This document shows positions 43,001-55,000 of a stretch of DNA of 64,000 nucleotides, piece by piece; positions within the stretch are counted from its first letter, which is position 1; every line of letters starts with the position of its first letter. This stretch comes from Phoronis australis. Its lineage: Eukaryota; Animalia; Phoronida. The stretch is taken from the NCBI GenBank assembly GCA_002633005.1, contig NMRA01000761.1, forward strand, positions 68,015-132,014, in the 5' to 3' direction. The position numbers were made by a program, and so were the translations under genes. A model generated the notes under the pieces. It was not told where the DNA came from. It made no database searches and worked only from the letters and a program-made list of their open reading frames with translations.

Positions 43001-46000
43001 TGCTTAGGTTGGCCCCCACTGCAGTCATTACTTGGGTAGGAAATCAGGATTGCACATGTGTTCACAGTTGATTAAATAAACTTGATCAACATGGTTTTAA
43101 TTACGGTACCACATTATGTCTGTATTTCATTGGGTTACTGTATTACATGACTTAAAATTACATGCATTTTTGTTTATCTCTTGGAAATGAATGTTTGAAT
43201 GACCATGCTGGGAAATTTGGCAATTTTGTAGTTTGTGTGGAGTGAAGAAAATGCATTGTTGTGAAAATGCTGACGTCTTGGTTATACTTGTGCATTTGTG
43301 TTGACAGAGAATTTCTGCTTGAAATCGCAAAAGAGTGCGTGATTGGTTGTATGTTATCGTGTTTTTTTTGGACGGAAAAATTTGAAAACTAAAAGTTGCT
43401 TTTAAAAAATAAAAACTGAATTGTGTAGATTCAGGGCTTTAGTCTACCAATTACAACAAAACGGTGCCTGTTGCCTAGCTGGATCCCATACGTCTGTAGT
43501 GACAATGCACAAAGATTTTTGGAGTGCAGTTAGCGATGCAGCTTTCTTACCTATCTTGAGAATCACAGTTAGTTAATACTTCTTTAGGACACTGAAATCC
43601 AAGCAAAAGTTCAGGTTTCTTAATTTCAAAGTTTGGGACGTGGGAGATATTTTAATGTATCGTGTCTCGCAAATCGTGGTATAGTGTGGGTTTTTTTACA
43701 ATAGGATTTCAAAATAAATCGGAAGTTCATAAAAAGTAGTGGTGATCATTTACAGGTCAGTAAAAACTCAGTTGTCTGAGTGTCCTAAAGTTTTGGGATT
43801 CCCAATATTGTGGATTTTTCAAATTTCGCAGAAGTTGCACCATGAGCGAAATGAATTATTTTTCCAGTATTTTAAACCGGAGTATGTTCACCAAAGTAGT
43901 CTGAGTCACTGGTCTTTTTCCAAGTGGTCTGAAAAAATTGTATGGGATTATTTTTTTACTCAGTTGCTGTACAGACTGATTAAAATTCATTGATTTTAGC
44001 TGCCCTATTCATGTTTGAGCCCAGAAACTGGAGTCACGCCCCTTTTGGTATTTGGTGATTTTGGCTTCCTGTTATTGCCGTCGGCAACATTATTGTTTAC
44101 CATCAACATTGACCATTTTTACCTGGGTACCTGTTGACTGCTGCTCACTGGACTTAGCTGGTGTAAATGTTTGAATACACTGATTGGAACCAAGCTGTGT
44201 GCATCTGACTACTTGGTTCCACTTGATGCATTGTGTTGTGCAGTGTGCACTCACCTGAACTAAGAAACATGAAAAAATCATGGCGTTGACATTTTTCCTA
44301 TTCCCTCATGGCGGAAAGGTGTTATGCCGTTCGGGTTACCAGGTGCATAAGGGGTTGGGTTTAAATTGTTGTTTCCGTGGTTGATCCCCTGAGCTTTGGT
44401 ACATGTCACGGTGTCACCGACCTGTCTTGCTAATTACGGCTTCAAGACTGTACAGTCATTTCTGTGACAGTATGTACGCTATTTTTCCTTGATAGCTTCG
44501 TGTTCCAGTTAATAGAGACAAAAGTGGCGATATGAAAGTCTTAGTGTTCAAATTATTAGAGATAAAACATCGGTAATGACAATGAATTTAGTGAGGACAA
44601 CGAGGTCCTCCAAGACCATGGTTTAGCAATGTGAATTACATCATCACAAGCAGCAAATTATCTTCCTCTGTGATGGATTGATTTACTTCAATATATTGAA
44701 CACTTTGTCATTTTATTTTTTCCTTTTTTCACAAACTTCAGGATCCGGCTTCAAGTCCCCCATATTCAGTCTGCCTGCACTGACTTTCCAACAGCAGTGT
44801 ACTAGATAAAGCATGTACCGTATTCGAAAAAAATCACTGACTTTTCCAACCCTCCCAGTTCAATTTAGGTGGAAGCTATCGAGTTTTGAAGAATACCCAC
44901 AACTCACAGGAAGGTGGACCAAATTGCCTGATCTTGAACTTATTGTAAATTTTCCCAGTTTTCTCGAAACGTAGTGACCAGGCTATCAAGGCTGTATGTA
45001 GCCCTGAGGACATTTTGCCTCGCTGAGTTTCTGTCACCTCTCAGATTCAGAATTCAAAAATTGCCATTATGTTACTGGTTGTTTGGGCGTCTCCTTGGAA
45101 GCAATAAAAATGCAAGTCAAAGATTGTTTTTTTGCTTATTGCATGTCTGCCGTTCCGTTTGCACACAGCCAACCCTATAACAACTTGCACTAGCGCAAGT
45201 TGCACCACTTTGAGTGGAGCACATAAGTGATAACTAACACAAGACGGATGTCGTCGCTATGTGCTTGACAATGAACAGCTGATGCAAATATGGTTTGCAT
45301 TAAAGAAGACCCGTCTGTATCTAACCACATCTGATAATTACTTCAGCCTAGCGACAACTCGTTCCAGAAGTAACTTGTTGTAAGGGTAAGCCTTGTGTGT
45401 GAACGGCATTTACGTCAAACTGGTGTTTGCAGGCATATTTTTCATATGCGGCTTTGGACAGATACGTGCGCATACGTTCCCACTTGTTGCTGAATCGCTG
45501 GAGTGCACATTACATTGGCAGATGACTCATTGACATACATACTTATGCATGTGCTCAATCCCAGAAAATAAACCAAGGTTTGAGAATTTCTTTGTCCCTC
45601 AAAACTAATCTGCTAAAAGACAAGTCGTGGTCGTCGTTTGGCAATCAAAAGGGTTGTCGTTTTCGTCTTTGCTGTTTTGCGATGAAAACACATTGGAGCA
45701 GGCTGTTACTTGACATTTCCAAGTCACAATTGTCTGCCGGTAACTAGCGTGCAAAATTGGATACTCATAACATCCATCGTACATGAAAATAAGTGTTTTT
45801 CCAATGCAGTGTCTGGTAAATAGATTAAGAATTCGTAGAAACATATCTGTTTTGTGTTTTTTTATCACTTATGATGAGGTCTGAAATTTAATTTCTTTGG
45901 CACATCGGGAAATTTGCCAACGGAATGGATCAAAGGTCGAATATGAATTATCCCATGTCCACGTTACGTGATTACTTGTCAGTGAGACAAGCTGTTCTGT

Positions 46001-49000
46001 GTTATTGCTAGGTATCTGTCAAGAAGTGTAAAACCTTATCTCGCATAAGTTGGAAATTCCAGATAGCATGTTGCGTTTTTATACGAACTGACCAAAATCT
46101 CAGGTCGCATTTCCAAACCTTAGGTTGCCTACCCGACTCGATTGATTACAACAACACGGACTTTTGCCTTGTTGGTAAGGACGGGCTGTCAGACCTTGTT
46201 TAGTCTTATACGAGGTACTTAAACTACACGGTCAACGGACTCATAAACACTGGGCACGGACGCATGAACACGACTCATGGACCTGCAAACACCGTCCACT
46301 GACTCACAAACACGGGAACGGACTCAAAAAACACGATCCACGCACCCAAATACACGGGACACGGACTCATATTCACGAGGAAACACGGTTAATGGACCGT
46401 CAAACACGGGTCACGGACTCATCGGCTTCCTGGGTCAGCTGACATCTCCATTTTGTCCGTGACCCGTGTTTGATGGTCTGTTTCCTCGTGAATATGAGTC
46501 CGTGTATTTGGGTGCGTGAATCGTGTTTTGTGAGTCTGTTCCCGTGTTCGTGAGTCAGTGGACGGTTTTGGAAGGTCCGTGAGTCGTGTTCATGCGTCCG
46601 TGCTCTGTGTTTATGAGTCCGTTGACCGTGTCGTTTAGGTTCCTTGTTATAGCAAGCCACTGGTACCAACAACAGAAATAGTTGGTGCTTCGTATATGAC
46701 TTATTTTTACTAACACAGATACATAATGCAAGGTATTTTCCCTTGGATACCTACCTCTTGCACAATATGTTGGAGAAATATTGTGTGCATAGACTATCCT
46801 AGTATACGGACAATTAGAGAAATTACCATACTTCAGTAGAAAACACTGGGTGAACATGGTGTTGGTGGCATTGCTGTTTAAGATATCGATTTGATTCGTG
46901 TAATTAGCACGCGCTTTATCATTGTTAAAATGCAATCTTGTAATAATTGTGGTTTTGATAAAATGTTGATAACGGTAGTTAGTGACGTTATATGTGAGGT
47001 AATATTCGTCATAATTGAGCAGTTGGCTCAGCTGGCGTTTCACAAGCAGACATTATTTTCAAAAAATGCTTGCCTTATTAATGTTTGGTTCTTTGTCAGT
47101 TTTTATAAGTCATAAAAATATTAATCAAGGCTGTGAGATGTAAGAAACTGGTAAATAATGGCATGACTCTAGTCTGATGGTTAGAATGCGCATTGTCTTG
47201 GTTTGTGATTACGGTGGCATGTTGTAGAATCAAAAATGCGATTATTTCCCTCAGCGTAATCCTGTTACATTTATGACACTCTGATGTTCAATTCATCTTC
47301 TTGAAGACCAATAACAGAAGAATTAGGATTCCATAGTGCGGAGCAGTGAAGCATGTCAAGCAATAAATTGGATTCAAACACCAAAAATAATGCTCATCAT
47401 AATCCATCACCAATTTTGAACAAAAGTAGTTGCCAAAATCAGTGGACATCATCCTGTTTCAAGGTGTTCCAACAGAGCTATGAATGTCCAGGTTTTCAAA
47501 ATATATTCCCATGGTAGCTGGGGTGAAAACTTTTAGCATGGCAAAGCGTTAATTTGATGAAAAAATGAGAACATAATTTTCACTTGTTCACCATAATGTC
47601 TCCTTAATTGAGATTCTCACTGCAACGCTGCTACTGAAACCTCAAGTAGTGTCACCGTAATAACTTGGTAATTCAATCTTTTTGTCAGAAATGAATAAAT
47701 TATTAAAACTGTTATTTTATAATGCCCCATAGACTGCCCACCACACGCTATGGACATGGCATTTCTGTAACTCTCTTAACAATTATGTATGATGTTTTTG
47801 TGTTTTTAGCCAAAGTGCTGATCACTACAGTTCATCACAGACTTCTGACACGGAATCTGAGCGGGGTAAGCATTTATTTTTCATTGTGGAAAATGAATAA
47901 ATGTTTTTAGTACTTGTCCGTTCCACCTTGTTTTCTTAAATTTGTTCATCATTAGAGATGAAAATAGTTTATCCATGAAGAAGGTAGCCCCTTGAGTAAG
48001 TTTTTTGTGGCATTATGTAGTTAGAAATATAATGATTAAAATACTATTGATAGTAATTAGAATGGTAGACAGTAGAATTAATTATTTCAAGGCGGAAAGA
48101 CATCCCCCCTTGACATAGGTAGTAAATGAATTCTCTGTGTTGCGTTTCACGTTGATTATACACTGCGGTATTGCTATATGAAAGGGCAATCCTTCCACTA
48201 ACATCAGTTGTTGACGTGATGATATTGATAGTTTCAATAATTCATGTTTAAGTAACTCAGGAGAAAGTTATCATTATCACCAATCACTGTTGAGATGGAG
48301 GATCGTCATGTTTTCAGTTAGTGTGAACTGTATCCCTGTTTTGTCGCAGGTAGATGTTTTGTGTGGTTGCCTTGTTGCTTATAGTTTATTTTGCGAGTTC
48401 TTCCAGTACAATGCAGATTCACTCTCTACAATGGCACTGTTGAGCTCCAATGTTGTGACGTTCTTTGCTCGTTTCTGCCGTGCAGGTCGCCTGCGACGGA
48501 AAAGCATGGAGAACCTGGAACTTATGAAGATGACTCCTGACAAGGTAGGCAGTCCATTAGGGGATTAGTTAGGCAACTCCTCCTGACAAGATAGGCAGAC
48601 CCTTCAGTGATAACATAAGCCACTCCTCCAGACAAGATAGGCAGTTCTTCCAGTGATAACATAGGCCACTCCTGACAAGAGAGGCAGTTCTTCTAGTGAT
48701 AACATTGGCCACTCCTCCTGACAACGGACGCAATTCTTCCAGACATAGGCCACTCCTCGTGACAACATAGGCAGTTCCTCCGGTCATAACATATGCCACT
48801 CCTCCTGACAAAGTTGACACTTCCTCCAGTGATAACATAGACCACTCCTCCTGATAAAGTAGGCAGTTCCTCCAGTGATGACATAGACCACTCCTCCTGA
48901 TAAAGTAGGCAGTTCCTCCAGTGATGACCTAGGCCACTCCTCCTGATAAAGTAGGCAGTTCCTCCAGTGATGACATAGGCCACTCCTGATAAAGTAGGCA

Positions 49001-52000
49001 GTTCCTCCAGTGATGACATAGACCACCCCTGATAAAGTAGGCAGTTCCTCCAGTGATAACATAGACCACTCCATATAAAGAAGGCAGTTCCTCCAGTGAT
49101 AACATAGACCACTCCTCCTGATAAAGTAGGCAGTTCCTCCAGTGATAACATAGACCACTCCTCCTGATAAAGTAGGCAGTTCCTCCAGTGATAACATAGA
49201 CCACTCCTCCTGATAAAGTAGGCAGTTCCTCCAGTGATAACATAGACCACTCCTCCTCACAAGGTAGTCCTCTCCTGAAAAACACGGGTCACTCTTGCCA
49301 CACCACCTGATAAAAGCAATCACTATTTGTGGTCAAGAAAGAACTCCTTTCCATAACATGTCACTCTTCCTGAATGCTGTTATCTCCTGATGATCAGCCA
49401 CTCCCGTTACCTTGCCATGCAAGCCAAAACTATCTGACATAAGGGTATCCGTCGTGATGCCTGTGTCCGTGTGTAATTGACTCAGAGGAGCTGCTCGTCA
49501 TCGTGGTAAGGTTGGGTACTCCTTTTGTCAGTTTGGTTTCATCTCCTTATACCATTGGTTGCCTAAGGTGATGAGTTAGGACACTCCTTTTGGTGTCATT
49601 AGCCACTCCTCCAGATATGATTGGCCACTCGCTATTGTCTTGTCACTCCACATGCAGATGGATGAGTTTTGTTTTGCAATCAAACTGTTGGCATATACTT
49701 TGATTTCCTAGTTGTGAATAGGCCCCTTCTGACAAAGTGAACTTGTTTGCCGAATTTGTGGACACTAGTCTCTTCATAGTACTGGATTTACATTTGCTTT
49801 GTTTCATTTCTATTCATTTTATTCCTGCTTTTTTAAATTTTGTTTTTTGTGTCAAATTGAAAAATCATGCATGTAATGTATCTCGATTTAAAGTCACTTT
49901 CCGTACTCAAATTAGCGGGCTCGAATAAGAGAATTCGACACCTTGTACCTAGGAAAGCACAATGGGTGAACCAATGAAAACAATGCCTACCAATAATTAT
50001 CTGAAAAAAATTAACCTGGAATTCCCTCTCTTGACTTTTGAATGCAAGTGGAATTCTTCGCCATGACGATCAATTACAAAAAGAATTGAATGCCAGAGAT
50101 GAAATGATCCGTCATAACAAGAAGCAGTGTTTTATGTCTATTTGCTTTTGGCTTAAACTGTGGGTTGCCTCAGCTCCACCTATGGGCAGTTTAGGACTCA
50201 CACTTTGCCCAGCAGTGGTTTCATCGCCTGATATGCATCACTGCACGTGTGCATCCTTGGCAACATGATTTCCCTCTTGAGAAAGGGTTATATTGTTATC
50301 ACTACCATGTGTTACTGTTGACTTAGGTCACTGGACATTTGACAGATATTTCATGTTTTGATTATGTTGATGTTGTCAATCCAAAACAAATAGGGGTACT
50401 GTAGGCTGTTTATTTTTGTTTGGGGATCATGGTCTCAGCTTTTCTCTGTTCAACTGTGGTACTTATAAAAAATTCATGGAACGTTCAGCTTGCATATATG
50501 ATGTATGGTGGGTTAAGATAAATCAGTCTCATGCCTGAACTGTAGTTTTTGGGTCAAGATAGCTGTCGTTGGCATGTCATGGTTCTCCATATATACTCCT
50601 TCTGGTTGTGAGAGTGTGTAACAGCAGGATTGATTGCTGATGGAAACAGATTGGGATGATTTTAAACACAGTAAAAGTCGTCCATGTGGTCCTATGGCAG
50701 ATAGCTTGTGTGAGGTAAGCAAGTTTATCTCCAACAGTACACCCAGTGTCCATGTATCACACAGTGTTCTCCACAAGAGGGTGTTGTGACATTGTAAACA
50801 ATAACAAGCTTAATTGAAAAATGACAAAAGGTCAATTTTGGCTATTATTTTTGTCGGAAAGTGGTGAGATTTTAAAGGTAAACCTGGAAGACGTGTCGCA
50901 GAGGCTAGACAAGTTTTATTTTATCTTTTTTTTCCGTGAAAGGTGTGTGGCACCGAAATAATTGGTTTGCCATGTTCAAGTCTTGTACCATTGCTGCCAT
51001 CGGATATTATTTTCAAATTTATGGGTTTTCACAACAATGTTAGAAGCCCTTGAGAAATGAAAAAAGAAATTGTTTTTTGTCCGAAATTTGTGATATTTTG
51101 TTGTACTGTGGTCATTGTATAAATTGAGTCTCATGTTGTTGCTTATTCAAATATTGACAGCTACGTGTCACTAAGCAACCGAATACAGGCGTGTGCAACG
51201 TAATGGCTAAAGTTTAGGTGATTGGTCCTCTACTTAAATTTAAATGCCTGAAGTGGTGTATATTGTTAGTGCGGGTTTGCGTTAGATGCTGCCCATGAAC
51301 GTTGTTAGATGCTTCCCATGAACGTTGTTAGTTTGACAATGAGTTGAACTGCTTCAATCTAATCCGCCTAGCTGGTTAACTCTGTTATGATCTGCTGAGT
51401 CTCCAAGCTCTTGTGGCAAGCTAGCACTCAAATGAAGTTGCTAATGGAATAAGGGTGTGCGGCAGATGCAAAAATCAACCGACTGTAACAGCGGACATCA
51501 AAGTGCTCTTGACAGATTTGCTGTGCTCTGACGATTGGCAAAATTTATTCCAGAATTATTTAGTAATGGGGAGGAATTTTGATCGCTACATATTTGCGCC
51601 ATTTGTGAACAGTGATCGTCAAAGATTAGTTGTACATATTGTGCAAAATCACAAAATTATAACTTAAAGGAAAGTGATAGACCGCCTTTAAAATGAGAAT
51701 TTGACAATGTTAATGATTTCTTGTGTGCAAAATATAGGGATACCCGCTTTGTTTTGTTTTTTGCCGTGAAAATTTTAGCATTCAGGGCTGTTGTGCTCTT
51801 TGGCATGATGCAGTTTCGAGCTCTCGTGGCATCTTTTTTTTTAACTGATTGCTTTTGTTAGAGTCTGGTTTACGTTTAGTCCTGGCTAGTTTCTAGGGAA
51901 TTGCGGTAACTTGATATTGACCCTCTAGTGTAGGAAATGCGTCAATGAATAATTAGGTGTCTTAGCCGAGGCCCCAATCAAAACACGCTGCCTCTGTTAT

Positions 52001-55000
52001 CGCTGGGTAATTAGTAGAACATGTAGCTAGCCACTATTTGACTGAGGAAGTGAGCATTGGTAGAGTCATTTGGCATCATCCGCATTTCAACGCTTAGTCT
52101 CGAGACATTGAGGTACTGTCATCGTTCTGGGTATTACTGCCTGAGTGTCATTCATTGCCAAGTCATTGGCTGCATTAGACAGACGTCGATTGACAACGGT
52201 AACGAATGTAATTTAGTATATGTTGTGTGCAGCTAGTGTGGTTCACTGATTTTTGATGGCTCAAGCAACAAAAAAATTCAGTGGATGACTGTGTATTGGT
52301 TGGCTAATTGCATTCCATGGTCAGTTTTAAATCTGATATATTTGGGTGATATATTTGGGTGATATATTTGGGGAGAGTGGTCTTGTGACTTGGTGGTGAC
52401 TGGCGTGCAGATATTCCTGCCTGCGCATCAGTGTGCCTACCTCGGTTTGGACATTTGTTTTAGATTTAATGTCTAAAGATAAGTTGTAAACGTATAGTGA
52501 ATTGTGCTCTTGTTTTATTTGATATCTCGTTATCTAGTGTGTGTCCCGAACTAATGCATCGGTTAATCTCTTTTGTTGGTGTTGCGGCAAACTGCAAATA
52601 TGGCATTTCTCAATAGGTGGAGCAGTGTACATATTACTGATGCAATTCTCTATATCAACCAATCGGAATGCTTGAATATTTTTTCCAACAAGTAGGCCTA
52701 CGAAATCGATGTTCTTTTGATGCTGTTGAAGCCAGGTCACCTGGCACTTTCACTGCACCATCTCTCATAACACTCCTGGGAAACGATGTACTTTATGTTT
52801 TGTATTTTAAACTTATGTTACCCTGAAAGTCATCAAGGAAGTTTGTAACCTTAAACTGATTCGAAATTTTTTCATAATTAGATTAATGTGTCTGACTAGC
52901 TACTTGATGCAATGGCTCTGTGCTTTCTTGTACACTGTCAATCAAAAATCATTATGTCCAAACAAAAGGTATGTGATTGTCAAAGTAAGTCTGAGCGAGT
53001 TCTAATGTTGTGTATAGCGCGATCAGGTGAACCAACTTTCTATAAATGTAACTATTTCTGGAAAATCCGAGTCTGCATTGCAGAAACACTAGGTGCCGGT
53101 ACCAAAAACTCGAGGTGTTATTAAAATATCTCACCGATTCCGGGCAAAAGTATTTGCCCAATATTCAGTAGAACTTCATCCTTTTTTTAAAGCTTTAATA
53201 AATGTGCAAATGCCCTGAACACCATGATGGTAGTGCGTACAGTCCATGCCAAATGTATGAAATAACCCAAATTGCCTATCTTGATGTCTGGGCGAACGCT
53301 GAACTCATCACCGGAGTAGGCTAATCCCTCATCTCAATCTTTGCTGGAATTAAGTAAGGTGGCTATGTCACTCCGTAATCAAGCTTTTGCCGCCACGATA
53401 ATTATTACTTGTCATTTTCGCTGTTACACAATGAACTGTCTCGACGGTAAAACAGGTAGATTATCTGATTATTGTTGTCACGTAATGGTACAGTAGTCAG
53501 TACTGTGAAAAGTATATAAATATGTCGATCTTAAATTGGTGTGGAAATATAAATCATAAACATTTTTAGGTCTGCTCTACACGCCACCTGTTGGCCACAA
53601 CACGTGATCTAATGAACGTAAGTCTGAAAAGATTTCTGCCCCCGACCGGGACTTGGACCTTCTGTTAACTGTACAGTCTGCTTTAGCCCATGGCCATGTG
53701 ATGTGGCCAACAGGTGGCGTGCAGACCAGACTAAATGTGATATAACTGTGAAAAGCATGGTACAGAACTTAGGCTATGTGGAGCCTTATTTACACGTCTT
53801 TGTATTTTTCCAGTTATCAATAAAACTGTAGTTTCAAACTCTGTTAGTGAAATTCTATATTTTCTGAATATAGACAGCTTGCAGGGTTTTATTTTAGACT
53901 CTTATCAGCCTGCCATTATCTGGGTCATGTCACCGTGCTGTTAATGGGTAAAATTAAGCAAAAAACAAAGGTACATTCACTGACAGTAAAACAACAGTAT
54001 TAATAATTTAACCAAATTTCTTTTGATTTAATGTTTAAGATGAAATTTCAGACAATTATGCAGTTTTCTAAATTGTCATGTTTTTTCGTTTAATTCAACT
54101 CCTGTTTTTTCATGAAAATATAAAAGTGCTATAGGCTCTCATGCGAAGGTGTAACGTTTTAGATGCAATTTCAAACGGCATTTTGGAGAACAGTTTATAA
54201 AGCACCTGAAAGTTTCGTATAAATCCAGTCAGCCATTTCTCTGAGATACTGTTCTGAAGTTGGCCAAATTTGAACATTTTTTCTAGCCAGGTTCTGCAGA
54301 ACCTTGAATATTAAGCTAAAGCACTAATTTTGTGCTACCGGTACTTAGATTTAGCCAAAAATTGAAAACATGAAATTTGAGTTTTCCGCCATCTTATGGC
54401 GTACCGTAATTTGTGAGATTTCTCCGGTGAAATTCAGTGTTTACCTGACTGACCTAATTCAAATTTTCAGCGGAACGAAGGACTCCATTCCTTGTCTGGC
54501 TTTAACATACTATCGATTTTTGTTTAAGTAAGACACAGCAACTGCCTTGTCTTGTTGGCTCTTAGCTAGTATTTTAATTTAATTTCACTTTGCTTTCAAA
54601 AGTGGCTCAGCTGATTATGTACTTTAATATGGACTTGGTGACCTGTTTCTGTGTTTGCATGTCAACTACAGTGGAAAAAAAAATGTTTTTTTTTATCACA
54701 GCCAGTCTTGTATCAGATTCTCTGCGGGTGATCATGCATTATGTTGCACGATAGTTTTAGAAAAATGATGAAATTTCTTCTTGTCAAAAATTAGAAATTT
54801 CGGAGCTCTTAAAAATTCCCAACTTATTTTCTAATGGTTTGTTGTAATTTTTGATAAGGTTTCATGCGGTTTTCTCGATTACTTTGAAGGAGTCAGATAA
54901 TTTTATGGAAACTTTTTGAAAACTATTTCGATATCCCAATTTCGGACAAACTTAATTGCCAAAATTGCCCAACCTCATGTACACTTTTCAATGGCTTCTT

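Noticed and set aside
44742-44805. Strong acceptor followed by RIRLQVPHIQSACTDFPTAVY* (possible terminal exon)
   Set aside because: No phase-compatible donor, no homology and no clear poly(A) signal; pyrimidine tracts are common in these introns.
46277-47043. ORFs over the foldback element
   Set aside because: Low-complexity translations of the subrepeats; no transposase motifs.
48569-49323. Four overlapping minus-strand ORFs (89-185 aa) with repeating peptides; CRISPR-like look
   Set aside because: By-product of a 46-bp unit cycling through frames. The units are contiguous with no unique spacers, there are no cas genes, and the context is a eukaryotic intron.
53620-53700. Functional tRNA gene
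   Set aside because: Only the T-arm/acceptor side is tRNA-like; no complete cloverleaf or anticodon arm could be built.
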